Shown: positions 1 through 9,564, counted from the first letter of the stretch. The stretch is 64,000 nucleotides of DNA from Dehalococcoidia bacterium (GCA_965207935.1 CBDBNM010000002.1:1129179-1193178), one strand, 5' to 3'. The notes: generated by a model from the sequence alone, not told the origin. Made by a program: numbers and translations.

Positions 1-1497
1 CTTAGGGGTCAGGCTGCCCAGAATATATCCCAGGACATGCTGAACAACCTCCAGAACATGTCCCCCGAGCAGATGTCGGCCCTCCAAGAGATGATCCGGG
101 AGCTCAACCGGATGCTCCAGGAGCGGGCCCAGGGCGGACAGCCCGACTTCCAGGGCTTCATGGACCGGTTCGGGGACGCATTCGGGCCTAACCCGCCCCA
201 GAGCCTGGACGAGCTGCTGGAGCAGATGATGCATCAGATGTCCCAGATGCAGTCGATGCTGGAGAGCATGTCCCCCGAGGCCCGGCGGGAGATGGAGGAG
301 GCTCTGGCAGCAGCCATGGACCCTGGCCTGGCACGGGAGCTGGCCCAGCTGGCCTCATGGATGGAGCAGCTGATGCCCATGGACGATCTCCGGCGCCAGT
401 ACCCCTTCCTGGGCGACGACAGCCTGACTATGGACCAGGCCATGGAACTGATGAAGCACCTCCAGGAGAGCGACGAGATGGCCCGCGCCCTGCAGGAAGC
501 CATCCGCACCGGCGACCTGGACGAGGTGGACCCCGACAAGCTGGCGGAGCTGCTGGGCGAGGAAGCCCGACGTACTTGGGAGCAGCTAAACGAGTTGCTG
601 GAAGCCCTCCGTGAGGGAGGCTACATAACCGAGGGCGACGAGCCTGCCCTGACCCCCAGGGCGATTCGGCGCATCGGCCAAAAAGCCCTGCGTGAGGTGT
701 TCCTGAGCCTGCAGAAGGACCGACTGGGCGACCATGAGCTTACGAGACGGGGCGATGCCGGAGACAATCTCACCGACACCAAGCCCTACGAGTTCGGCGA
801 CCCCTTCCAACTGGAGCTGCAAGCCACCGTCAAAAACGCCGTCCTTCGGGTAGGGCCGGGCACGCCGGTGGAACTGAGCAAGAAGGACCTGGAGGTGTAC
901 CAGAGCGAGAGCCAGACCAGGGCCGCCACAGTGGTGCTCCTGGACCAGAGCCGCTCCATGGGTATCTGCGACAGCTTCTACGCCGCCAAGAAAGTCGCGA
1001 TGGCCCTGTACGCCCTGATCCACATGCAGTACCCCAGGGACAGCCTCTACGTCATCGGCTTCTCCGACTACGCCCGGGAGATCAAGGAGGAGGACCTGCC
1101 CAAGGTGGCGTGGAACACCTGGGCGCCGGGCACCAACCTCCACCACGCCCTCATGCTTTCCCGCAAGCTCCTATCCAGGGAGAAGGGCTGCACCAAGCAG
1201 GTGCTCCTGATCACCGATGGCGAGCCAACGGCCCACCTGGAGGGAGACCGGTCGTATTTCAGCTACCCGCCCGCATACCAGACCATCATGGAGACGATGA
1301 AGGAAGCCCGCCGGTGCACCCAGGAAAGCATCATCATCAACACCTTCATGCTGGAGAACAGCTACCAGCTTGTGAACTTCGTGGACCAGCTAACCCGCAT
1401 CAACCAGGGACGCGCCTTCTACAGCGCCCCCGACCGGCTGGGGGAATACGTGCTGGTGGACTACGTGAACAACCGGCGCAAGCGCGTCAACGGCTAG
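1..1497 (+). CDS. VWA (von Willebrand factor type A) domain protein, 5' end probably outside window
   Basis: Track ORF 37..1497. The same frame has no stop back to nt 1. The C-terminal half carries a MIDAS-like DxSxS (VVLLDQSRSMG) and LLITDGEPTA. The N-terminal half is M/Q/E-rich and helical. Confidence 0.8.
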   Translation, partial: LRGQAAQNISQDMLNNLQNMSPEQMSALQEMIRELNRMLQERAQGGQPDFQGFMDRFGDAFGPNPPQSLDELLEQMMHQMSQMQSMLESMSPEARREMEEALAAAMDPGLARELAQLASWMEQLMPMDDLRRQYPFLGDDSLTMDQAMELMKHLQESDEMARALQEAIRTGDLDEVDPDKLAELLGEEARRTWEQLNELLEALREGGYITEGDEPALTPRAIRRIGQKALREVFLSLQKDRLGDHELTRRGDAGDNLTDTKPYEFGDPFQLELQATVKNAVLRVGPGTPVELSKKDLEVYQSESQTRAATVVLLDQSRSMGICDSFYAAKKVAMALYALIHMQYPRDSLYVIGFSDYAREIKEEDLPKVAWNTWAPGTNLHHALMLSRKLLSREKGCTKQVLLITDGEPTAHLEGDRSYFSYPPAYQTIMETMKEARRCTQESIIINTFMLENSYQLVNFVDQLTRINQGRAFYSAPDRLGEYVLVDYVNNRRKRVNG

Positions 1498-1570
1498 CTT
1501 TCCCGCGCGGTCCACTTTCCTCAGGCCACACCACTCTGCAACCCGCATCATGGCACGCCTGCCTCCCATG

Positions 1571-1945
1571 CGGCCGTACGGTCGCCCTGAGCCTGCCCTG
1601 AGGCTCTCGAAGGGGGAAATCGAAGGGGAACCGGCCTGGGGACCTCTCGTCATGGGTAGCCGTGTCGCAGGCTGAAGTTTCCTGGATTGCGGCCTCCGCC
1701 GCAATGACGGCGGAGGCGTTTGTTACATCCGGCCGTTCCCTGCCTGTGCATCTCTCCCCACTCCCCCGGGGTAGACGCGTCTTTCGTCATTGACGCGCTA
1801 TTCGTCATTGCGGCGAAGGCCGCAATCCAGGACGGAGCGCTGCCGGCTTCAGGGTGGCTCCCGTCAGGGGGATTGGCTCGGTTCGTCCTGAGCCTGTCCT
1901 GAGGCTCTCGAAAGGGGAAATCGAAGGGGAACGAACCAGGAAAGG
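1571..1945. repeat. Mosaic palindromic repeat cluster R1
   Basis: Modules are shared with the other clusters. GAGCCT-N6-AGGCTC lies at 1589-1606 and 1890-1907. ATTGCGGC-ctcc-GCCGCAAT lies at 1686-1705, with its inverted form ATTGCGGC-gaag-GCCGCAAT at 1807-1826. Confidence 0.85.
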
Positions 1946-1973
1946 GCGAACGGGCTTGGAGTGGTGCCCAGCG

Positions 1974-2396
1974 CTAGCCGGGAACCAGCTCGATGCGGTT
2001 CTCGTAGCGGCGAAAGTCCGAGATGTTGAACGTCAATAGCCTGCCTTCGCCATGAGTAAGCATGGTCGCCACGATGTTGGCGTCGTGAATCTGACGTCCC
2101 CCGACGGGGACCTCCCTGCACATGGCCACGAGGTGTTCGGTCACCGCAGGGCCGTCCTCTAGTACCTCGAAGCTGCCAATCAGCCTGCTTACGTCGTCAA
2201 GAGCTTCCTGGAGGGTGATGGCCACCGGCCAGATATCCGGGCGAGTGACGACGGCCAGGTATTCGCGTACTACCTGGCGGCTAATCCTCAGAGGTTCTGG
2301 GTCCAGGAAAGCGCGTTCCAGGCTGGCCCTGGCAGAGTCATGGTCCGGGGCGCCGCGGACACGCGCTTTGACGAGCACGTTGGTGTCTATGAACAT
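1974..2396 (-). CDS. vapC: PIN-domain toxin (VapC-like ribonuclease)
   Basis: Track ORF 1974..2483, trimmed to the ATG giving MFIDTNVLV. PIN acidic residues are in the expected order (FIDTN, VVREYL, IHDANIV, NISDF). The start lies 8 nt after the stop of the upstream antitoxin-like gene. Confidence 0.85.
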   Translation of the reverse strand: MFIDTNVLVKARVRGAPDHDSARASLERAFLDPEPLRISRQVVREYLAVVTRPDIWPVAITLQEALDDVSRLIGSFEVLEDGPAVTEHLVAMCREVPVGGRQIHDANIVATMLTHGEGRLLTFNISDFRRYENRIELVPG

Positions 2397-2404
2397 AGGG
2401 AAAC

Positions 2405-2812
2405 TTAGACCCTGTCCTCGTAGAGGTCCTCGCGCCTGAGGCTCAGGCCTTCCGGCCAGACCGCAGTGGGATGGATGGGCCAAGCCTCGTCCAGGGAAAG
2501 CCTCCTGGATACGGGTTTGGGGCGTGTCCGCCGAAACAGCAGCGTCTCGGTGTCCATATCAACCTTCGCCGTCTCCCAGCCGGCGATGCTCCATGCCAGG
2601 GCGTGGCTGTGGCCGCTGGCGCCCCTCTGGTTTCCCCACCAGGGGCGATGGAGCCGTGCTGACGGGGGCAGATTGAAGCCGATGACGGCTTCGAGCTCGT
2701 TGAAGGAGGTCCTCCATTCAGCGACCTTGAGGCTGCTCAGGTGCGTGTACAACCTCCGGTACTTGCCCCGCATTACCATCTCTCGGTACATTTCCAGTTG
2801 GTTAACGGCCAT
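2405..2812 (-). CDS. Putative antitoxin: uncharacterised N-terminal domain fused to a VapB-like C-terminal tail
   Basis: 135 aa. The N-terminal ~95 aa (KYRRLYTHL...FNELEAVIGFNLPPSARLHRPWWGN...AWSIAGW) resembles a widespread DUF (possibly DUF7662; the number is from memory). The tail WPEGLSLRREDLYEDRV resembles toxin-binding tails of PIN-associated antitoxins. It sits immediately upstream of vapC. Confidence 0.6.
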   Translation of the reverse strand: MAVNQLEMYREMVMRGKYRRLYTHLSSLKVAEWRTSFNELEAVIGFNLPPSARLHRPWWGNQRGASGHSHALAWSIAGWETAKVDMDTETLLFRRTRPKPVSRRLSLDEAWPIHPTAVWPEGLSLRREDLYEDRV

Positions 2813-2908
2813 GGGAGGCTCCTTCGTCCGGGCTTGATGGGGAAAAGGTGACTTGGTCTGTATTGTAGTTAGTTAGTGAAATTACTGCAAGCTCCGGGGC
2901 GTGTTCAG

Positions 2909-3307
2909 CCGGTTCGCCCTTCTATTGCCCCCAGGACGAACCAATAAGGGAATCATTCTTCACGCGTGGTCGTGTCGCAGGCTGGGTTTCCTGGATTGCG
3001 GCCTCCGCCGCAATGACGGCAGGGGCATTTGTCACATGCAGACGTTTGCTGGCAGTTCGTCCCCTACCCCATCCCCCGGGGTAGACGCGTCTTTTGTCAT
3101 TGACGCGTATTCGTCTTTGCGGCGAAGGCCGCAATCCAGGACGGAGCGTTGCCGGCTACAGGATGGCTCCCGTCAAGGGGGATTGGCTCGGCTCGCCCTT
3201 TGATTGCTCCCAGGACGAACCAATAAGGGAATCATTCTTCACGCGTGGTCGTGTCGCAGGCTGGGTTTCCTGGATTGCGGCCTCCGCCGCAATGACGGCA
3301 GGGGCAC
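2909..3307. repeat. Mosaic palindromic repeat cluster R2
   Basis: An internal direct repeat of about 117 nt occurs at 2911-3027 and 3189-3306. Hairpins ATTGCGGC-N4-GCCGCAAT start at 2995 and 3274, with a variant at 3116. Segment 2971-3190 is colinear with 1661-1880. Confidence 0.85.
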
Positions 3308-3384
3308 TTATGCAGGAATTGTGGAAGGGTTCCGATGAAGGGGAAGCAGGCCGAGGGCCTGTGAGTGCAGGGGCAGAGTAGGGC

Positions 3385-4677
3385 CTACGCTTCCTTGGAT
3401 AGGTTGGTCAGGAACTCGGCGTTGTTCTTGGTGCGACCCAGGCGCTCCAGGATGCGCTCGGTGGCGTCGGCGGCGTTGGTCGAGTCCGTTGCAAGCAGGG
3501 CAATCATACGCCTCAGCAGATAGACCTGCCTGAGGGTGGTTTCATCGAAGAACAGCTCCTCACGCCTGGTCCCGCTGCGCTGTATGTCTATGGCTGGGAA
3601 GAAGCGCTTCTCCGCCAGCCGCCGGTCCAGGTGCAGCTCCATGTTCCCGGTGCCCTTGAACTCCTCGTAGATGACCTCATCCATGCGGCTGCCGGTGTCC
3701 ACGAGGCAGTTGGCGATGATGGTCAAGCTGCCGCCCTCTTCCACGTTCCGGGCTGCGCCGAAGAACTGCTTGGGCGGGTATAGGGCCATGGGGTCGATCC
3801 CACCGGAAAGAGTGCGTCCGCTGGTGGGGGCCGACAGGTTGTAGGCCCGGGTGAAGCGGGTGATGCTGTCCAGCAGGATCACCACGTCGCGCTTGCTCTC
3901 CACCAGTCGCTTGGCCCGCTCCAGGGCCAGCTCGCCGATGCGGCACTGGTCGTCCACCGACTCGTCGAAGGTGGAGGCAAACACTTCGCCCTTCACTGAG
4001 CGGCGCATGTCCGTCACCTCTTCGGGCCTCTCCCCGATGAGCACCACCATGATGTCGGCTTCGGGGCAGTTGTTGGAAACCCCGCGGGCGATGTTCTTCA
4101 GGACGGTGGTCTTTCCGGCCTTGGGCGGCGACACGATCAGGCCCCGCTGCCCCAGGCCGATGGGGGCGAACAGGTCCACCATCCGGTTGGTCAGGTTGTT
4201 AGGTTCCGATTCCAGCTCCAGTACGATCTGCCGGTCGGGGAACACGGGGGTCAGGTGCTCGAAGGAGCGTCGCGAGCGCAGGTCCTCGGGCTCCAGGCCG
4301 TTGACCTGCTCAACCCGGACCAGTCCAAAGTAGCGTTCTCCCTCCTTGGGGGGTCGTACCTGGCCGGCCAGGGTGTCGCCGGTGCGCAGGCCGAAACGCC
4401 TTATCTGGGACTGGGAGACGTACACATCTCCCGCGGCTGGACGGAGCCCTTGCTGCCGAAGGAAACCATAGCCTTCGTGCATCACATCCAGGACCCCGGT
4501 GGCCATCAGGCCCCGCTGCTCCGAGCACATCTGGAAGACGCGCCCGAGCACATCTTCCCTTCTAAGGTTGACGAGGGGAGCGCTGTCTTCCAGGCCCAGG
4601 TCTTTTGCAACTACAAGGAGCTCATCCTTGCTTTTGCGCTCCAGCTCGCCAATATCAACTGCTTGTTCCGTTGTCAC
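3385..4677 (-). CDS. rho: Transcription termination factor Rho
   Basis: 430 aa. RNA-binding N-terminal part ([14 protein letters not shown]), Walker A ([15 protein letters not shown]) and a full-length Rho-like layout. Confidence 0.97.
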   Translation of the reverse strand: MTTEQAVDIGELERKSKDELLVVAKDLGLEDSAPLVNLRREDVLGRVFQMCSEQRGLMATGVLDVMHEGYGFLRQQGLRPAAGDVYVSQSQIRRFGLRTGDTLAGQVRPPKEGERYFGLVRVEQVNGLEPEDLRSRRSFEHLTPVFPDRQIVLELESEPNNLTNRMVDLFAPIGLGQRGLIVSPPKAGKTTVLKNIARGVSNNCPEADIMVVLIGERPEEVTDMRRSVKGEVFASTFDESVDDQCRIGELALERAKRLVESKRDVVILLDSITRFTRAYNLSAPTSGRTLSGGIDPMALYPPKQFFGAARNVEEGGSLTIIANCLVDTGSRMDEVIYEEFKGTGNMELHLDRRLAEKRFFPAIDIQRSGTRREELFFDETTLRQVYLLRRMIALLATDSTNAADATERILERLGRTKNNAEFLTNLSKEA

Positions 4678-4762
4678 AGGGTCACCTCTCAGTGGAGTTT
4701 TTTGGGGGTTCCAACGCCTTCGGCGGTAGGAGTCCGGGGCTCTTCAAGAACGTCCGAACCGA

Positions 4763-5419
4763 TCATTTCGAAGCTTTGTTCCAGTCCTGCAAGAATCGGG
4801 CCTGCCCGGCATCGGTCATGGGATGCTTCAGCATTTGCCCAAAGACCGTGAAAGGCATGGTGGCAATGTGTGCGCCGGCCTTGGCAGCCTGAATGCAGTG
4901 CAGGGGATGGCGGAGGCTGGCCGCCAGCACCTCGGTTTTGATGTTGTACTGGCGAAAGATGTCAACGATGTCCCTGACAAGCTGCATCCCGTCGTGGCCG
5001 ATGTCGTCCAGCCGTCCCACGAATGGGCTGACGGCAGTGGCGCCGCAGTGGGCGCCCAGCAAGGCTTGATTGACCGAGAAGCAGAGGGTCTGGTTCACCT
5101 TGATGTTGTCCCTGGTGAGGGTTGCCATAGCTTCCAGGCCCTCGGAGGTGCTGGGCAGCTTCACCCAGGGGTTGGGGATCCACTCGGCAATGTCCCGGCC
5201 TTCGCTGATCATCCCTTCAACGTCGGTGCTGACGACCTCGACGGAGATTGGCCCGTCGATGATGTCGGCGATCTCCTGGACGGCGGCTTTGTATGCGCCC
5301 GCAGCCCCTATGCCTTCCTTGGCGGCAAGAGAGGGGTTGGTGGTCACGCCATGCACCGCACCCAGGCGGGCGCCCTGGCGTATCTCATCTATGTTGGCGG
5401 TGTCCAGGAATATCTTCAT
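4763..5419 (-). CDS. tal: Transaldolase (short type 3B) / fructose-6-phosphate aldolase
   Basis: 218 aa. MKIFLDTANIDEI, VTTNPSL and VKLPST motifs typical of short transaldolase/FSA proteins. Confidence 0.92.
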   Translation of the reverse strand: MKIFLDTANIDEIRQGARLGAVHGVTTNPSLAAKEGIGAAGAYKAAVQEIADIIDGPISVEVVSTDVEGMISEGRDIAEWIPNPWVKLPSTSEGLEAMATLTRDNIKVNQTLCFSVNQALLGAHCGATAVSPFVGRLDDIGHDGMQLVRDIVDIFRQYNIKTEVLAASLRHPLHCIQAAKAGAHIATMPFTVFGQMLKHPMTDAGQARFLQDWNKASK

Positions 5420-5540
5420 CGGCTTTCCTCCTTCGCGGGTCTCGGAGGGACTGTGGTCGATTGGGAAGATGTTGCCGGGTATTGCATGACCTTGAGGAGT
5501 GGCGGTGTGGAGGGAATCAGCACTAACTGCACACTATCTG

Positions 5541-7190
5541 TCAGCTTGACGCTTCACCGTTCAGTTCTAAGGGCACCTGGGAGCCTTCCCTGAAGGTGGT
5601 CTTGGCGGCGCCGATGAACTCTCGGAAGAGGGGATGGGGACGGTTGGGGCGGGACAGAAACTCGGGATGAAACTGGACGCCCACCATGAAGGGATGGTTG
5701 GCGGTTTCTACTATCTCCACCAGCTTGCCGTCAGGAGAAACCCCGCCGGCCATAAGGCCGTGGTTTTCCAGGGACTCCCGGTAGGCGTTGTTGACTTCGA
5801 ATCGATGCCTGTGCCGTTCGGTAAACGTCTCGACGCCGTAGGCCCGGCGCGTAATGGACCCCTCCATGGCTCTGCAAGGGTAGTCCCCCAAGCGCATGGT
5901 GCCGCCCTTGTCGGTGATGGAACGCTGCTCCGGCAGGATGTCGATGACCGGGTTAGGTGTGGAGGCATCAACCTCCGAGGAGTTGGCGTCGGCTATTCCC
6001 AGCACGTTTCGGGAGTACTCGACCACCATTACCTGAAGGCCCAGGCACAGGCCAAGGTATGGGACGCCGTTCTCCCGGGCATATCTCGCAGTCTGGACCA
6101 TGCCTTCCACGCCGCGTATGCCGAAGCCTCCCGGCACCACAATGCCGCTGGCGTGCTTCAGCAGGTTGTCGGGGCCTTCTTGCTCAATCGTCTCGGAGTG
6201 CACCCACTCCATCTCGATATCCCGATCATGGTACAAGCCGGCGTGCTTCAGGGCTTCATTCACGGATATATAAGAATCGGGGAACTCCACGTATTTGCCC
6301 ACCAGGGCGATGCGCACCTTATCCCTGGGCTGGTTCATCTGCTCGACCATGTTCGACCAGTCGCCCAGGTCCTTGCTGCCTCCCTCCAGGTTCAGCGAAC
6401 TGGCCAGCAGGTCTCCCAGCCCGTGCTCCTCCAGGATTAAGGGCACCTCGTACACACGGGGGACCGTGGGCAGGGGGATGACCGCTTCCTTGGGCACATC
6501 GCAGAAGAGGGATATCTTGTCCTTGATGCCCAGGGGCATTTCGTGGTCGCTGCGGCAGATTATAGCGTCGGGCTGGATGCCGAGGCTTCGGAGCTCCTTG
6601 ACGCTGTGCTGGGTCGGCTTGGTCTTCAGCTCGCCCGTCGCCGACATGTGGGGCAGCAGGGTGCAGTGTATGTAGAAGACGTTGTCTCTCCCCACCTGGT
6701 TGCGCATCTGGCGTATGGTCTCCAGGAAGGGAAGGCCTTCGATGTCCCCCACCGTGCCTCCGACCTCTACCACGACCACCTCGGCTTGGGACTCGTCGGC
6801 CAGGTCGGTAATCCTGGACTTGATCTCGTTGGTGACGTGAGGCACAGCCTGGATGGTCCCGCCCAGGAAGTCCCCCCGGCGCTCCTTGCCCAGCAGGGAC
6901 ACGTACACCTGGCCGGCGGTAAGGTTGGAAGACCTGGTCAACTCCTGATCGGTGAAGCGTTCGTAGTGGCCCAGGTCCATGTCCGTCTCACCGCCGTCGC
7001 GGGTGACGAACACCTCGCCGTGCTGATAGGGGGACATGGTGCCCGGGTCCAAGTTGAGGTAGGGGTCGAGCTTCATTATGGAGATGGAGACGTTACGGCT
7101 CTTGAGTATTCGCCCGATGGAAGCGACGCTGATGCCCTTGCCCACCGAGCTAACGACTCCCCCGGTCACAAAAATGTACTTGGCACCCAT
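5541..7190 (-). CDS. pyrG: CTP synthase
   Basis: 549 aa. N-terminal KYIFVTGGVVSSVGKG and C-terminal glutamine amidotransferase LGLCLGLQ. Confidence 0.98.
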   Translation of the reverse strand: MGAKYIFVTGGVVSSVGKGISVASIGRILKSRNVSISIMKLDPYLNLDPGTMSPYQHGEVFVTRDGGETDMDLGHYERFTDQELTRSSNLTAGQVYVSLLGKERRGDFLGGTIQAVPHVTNEIKSRITDLADESQAEVVVVEVGGTVGDIEGLPFLETIRQMRNQVGRDNVFYIHCTLLPHMSATGELKTKPTQHSVKELRSLGIQPDAIICRSDHEMPLGIKDKISLFCDVPKEAVIPLPTVPRVYEVPLILEEHGLGDLLASSLNLEGGSKDLGDWSNMVEQMNQPRDKVRIALVGKYVEFPDSYISVNEALKHAGLYHDRDIEMEWVHSETIEQEGPDNLLKHASGIVVPGGFGIRGVEGMVQTARYARENGVPYLGLCLGLQVMVVEYSRNVLGIADANSSEVDASTPNPVIDILPEQRSITDKGGTMRLGDYPCRAMEGSITRRAYGVETFTERHRHRFEVNNAYRESLENHGLMAGGVSPDGKLVEIVETANHPFMVGVQFHPEFLSRPNRPHPLFREFIGAAKTTFREGSQVPLELNGEASS

Positions 7191-7295
7191 GTACTAGTAG
7201 CTGCGTTTTCGCATAGGGGAAATGCTACACCATCTTGGGGAAACGTAAGGGGAAGCATGGAGGGCGGACGGGGTGGGAGGAAGCCATCCGGTATC

Positions 7296-7325
7296 ATCTT
7301 AGGCCCCTTATCCAGATGTTGTCAA
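7296..7325 (-). promoter_or_regulatory. Candidate sigma70-type promoter for pyrG
   Basis: On the minus strand, TTGACA (7325-7320), an 18-nt spacer and TAAGAT (7301-7296). It lies about 105 nt upstream of the pyrG ATG. Confidence 0.3.
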
Positions 7326-7349
7326 GTGCAAGAAGTTGCACTATCGGCA

Positions 7350-7389
7350 GAAAACGACAGGGCGAGGTTAAGCGCAACCTCGCCCTGTC
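7350..7389 (-). terminator. Rho-independent terminator after the HMGL-like gene
   Basis: Perfect 14-bp stem GACAGGGCGAGGTT / AACCTCGCCCTGTC (7356-7369 / 7376-7389) with a 6-nt loop. On the minus strand it is followed by GTTTTC. It sits about 35 nt past the stop at 7423. Confidence 0.6.
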
Positions 7390-7422
7390 TTAGTTCCCGC
7401 TCGGCTGTCTTTTCGGTTCCGG

Positions 7423-8604
7423 TTAGTCCTTTACGGGGAACCAGTCCTGCTTCCAGGGCCACTCGCCGTCGGCGTCGTCGAAAGCGGGCTTGCCCTGGTC
7501 CAGCCGGTCCCGGTAGGGGCTGGTCACCGGCTCCTGGTATGGATAGATGCCGCCTTCATAGGCCTCGGCGCCAAGCTTGAAGTGCTTGGCCTGCTCCATC
7601 GTCTCGATGAAGGGAGCATTCATGTCGTACAGCTTGTCGTAGGTGGGCCTGGGGCCAGCCTTGGAGACGTGGCCGTACAGGGGACGACCTACGATCTCTT
7701 CGCACATCCAGACGCAGTCGATGAGCTTGTCGATATCCACGCCGGTATCGATGCCCATATCATCCATCATGTGGAGAATATCTTCGCTGGGCGCCTGTCC
7801 GGTTGCCCGCCCGGTGCCGCAGTAGGGGCATCCGCCGAAGCCGCCGATGCTCCCGTCGATATCCAGGGTGTCTTCCTTCTCCAGCACCCGCAGGGCAGCG
7901 TAGGCGGAGGGGAGGGCCATGTTGCGCCCGTTGTGGAAGTGCATGCGGAAGTGCTTGATCTCGGGCCACCGCTCCTTCACACGGACGATGCTCTCCTCGA
8001 CCTTGTCCGGGCGGCACCAGCTCATCGGGTCGCCCATGCTGACGCTTTCAACCTTGATGTTGGCTTCATCCCAAAGCTGGTGCTGCTTCTCCAGCATGGT
8101 CATCAGGGCATCGACGGGGAAGTCGCCCAGGAAGTTGGAACCCCAGCTGGCGTTGGTGCCTATGCCTGCGGCTTCCACGTTGCGCTCCTGGGCCTGGGCG
8201 ACGATCTGAGGCCAGCGCTCCATCTCCTGCATCTGGGAGCGGTTGGTGTTCCTGCGAACGAACACGTCGCACATGTGGCACTGCAGCCTGGGGTAACGGT
8301 CCCGCTCGATGGTCAGAGGAGGTGAATACTCCTTGGCTCGCTCGATGCCCCGTGCGTTGAGCGCCAGGGCTGTGTACTTGACCCCTTCCTTGGGATGGAA
8401 TTTGGTCACGATCTCGTCGATGCGGGCCATCTGGGGGGTCCACTTGGGGCTTACGAAGGAGCCTACGACGATGTGCTTCAGTCCCGTCTCAGAGAGGGCG
8501 TCCAGAAGCCGGACCTTGTCTTCGACGGGGATGTTGGCATCTTCGATCTGCATGCCCTCCCGCATTCCTTCTTCCTTGTAGTTCACGGTTGGCCAGTCGC
8601 TCAC
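7423..8604 (-). CDS. HMG-CoA lyase-like (pyruvate carboxyltransferase/HMGL family) protein
   Basis: Track ORF 7423..8652. The start is moved to the GTG at 8604, preceded by AGGAGG (8616-8611). GSFVSPKWTPQMA matches the HMG-CoA lyase signature region. The substrate is unknown. Confidence 0.8.
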   Translation of the reverse strand: MSDWPTVNYKEEGMREGMQIEDANIPVEDKVRLLDALSETGLKHIVVGSFVSPKWTPQMARIDEIVTKFHPKEGVKYTALALNARGIERAKEYSPPLTIERDRYPRLQCHMCDVFVRRNTNRSQMQEMERWPQIVAQAQERNVEAAGIGTNASWGSNFLGDFPVDALMTMLEKQHQLWDEANIKVESVSMGDPMSWCRPDKVEESIVRVKERWPEIKHFRMHFHNGRNMALPSAYAALRVLEKEDTLDIDGSIGGFGGCPYCGTGRATGQAPSEDILHMMDDMGIDTGVDIDKLIDCVWMCEEIVGRPLYGHVSKAGPRPTYDKLYDMNAPFIETMEQAKHFKLGAEAYEGGIYPYQEPVTSPYRDRLDQGKPAFDDADGEWPWKQDWFPVKD

Positions 8605-8797
8605 TTGGTACCTCCTACTTGCGGTGGTCCGCTGGGATAGCTCCCCGCCCACCTTCCGCCACCGCCCTAGCTTGGGCGGATTTTAATTGCTTGCCTGGAG
8701 GCTGTCAATGAGGAAACCGTCCGTCCCAGGGCGTGAAACAAAGGGGATTTCGGGACCGCGGAGGGGTTCTATTGCACCCAAGACTCGGGCAAAAAGC

Positions 8798-9454
8798 CTA
8801 GCGCATGAGGCGGATTACGCCGACCACCCTGCCCTGGACTTCCACGTTGTCCGCGTGGGAGTAAATGGGGTCCATCTGCTCGTTGGCAGGCTGGAGCCTG
8901 ACCATGTCCCCTTCCCAGTACAGGTACTTCAGGGTGGTCTCGTTTTCTTCCTTAAGCCGGGCCACCACCATGGCCCCGTTGTTGGCTTGTCGGGCGGGCT
9001 CGATCAGGACGATATCCCCGTCGGCCACCAGGGCATCGATCATGGAGGTGCCCCGGACCTTCAGGGCGTAGAGGTCCCTCTTGCCACTGACCATATCCGG
9101 CGTTATCTCGATGGTGTCCATGGGTTCGCCGGACCAGCCTTCGGCATCCAGGGCCAGGGCGGGCTCCCCGGCGGCGATGTAGGCCAGCACAGGAATACGG
9201 GGCAAGCTGGAGGCGTGGCCACGGGCCATTCCCACCAACTCTATGCCCCGGGCAACGTCGGGCCGGCGCCGTATGAAACCCTCCTTCTGAAGCAGCCTCA
9301 GGTTGTAGTCCACCACCGAGGTGGAGCTGATAGAGCAGGCCATCTGTATGTCCCGAACCGTCGGCGGCATTTCGTTCGCCTCCATGAAGTCCTTTATGAA
9401 CTCCAGGATGCGCTCCTGCCTGGGAGAAAGTTTCTTCCTGCGTGGCATGATCAT
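8798..9454 (-). CDS. lexA: LexA repressor
   Basis: 218 aa. N-terminal wHTH (LSPRQERILEFIKDF...PTVRDI) and C-terminal S24 peptidase (VRGTSMIDA...VVARL). An alternative start lies 6 nt downstream. Confidence 0.93.
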   Translation of the reverse strand: MIMPRRKKLSPRQERILEFIKDFMEANEMPPTVRDIQMACSISSTSVVDYNLRLLQKEGFIRRRPDVARGIELVGMARGHASSLPRIPVLAYIAAGEPALALDAEGWSGEPMDTIEITPDMVSGKRDLYALKVRGTSMIDALVADGDIVLIEPARQANNGAMVVARLKEENETTLKYLYWEGDMVRLQPANEQMDPIYSHADNVEVQGRVVGVIRLMR

Positions 9455-9463
9455 GACGTGCCT

Positions 9464-9478
9464 CGAAACATGTGTTCT
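9464..9478 (-). promoter_or_regulatory. Candidate SOS (LexA) box upstream of lexA
   Basis: The minus strand reads AGAACACATGTTTCG, which matches GAAC-N4-GTTC at 7 of 8 core positions. It ends 10 nt before the lexA ATG and abuts the GAGG RBS. Confidence 0.45.
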
Positions 9479-9564
9479 GGGCGGAGACTAGCAAAGCCGC
9501 TAGGCCATGTCAACACGCCGTTGACTAATCTGGGAGGAAAATCAGGGAAGGGTTGCGGGGGCGC

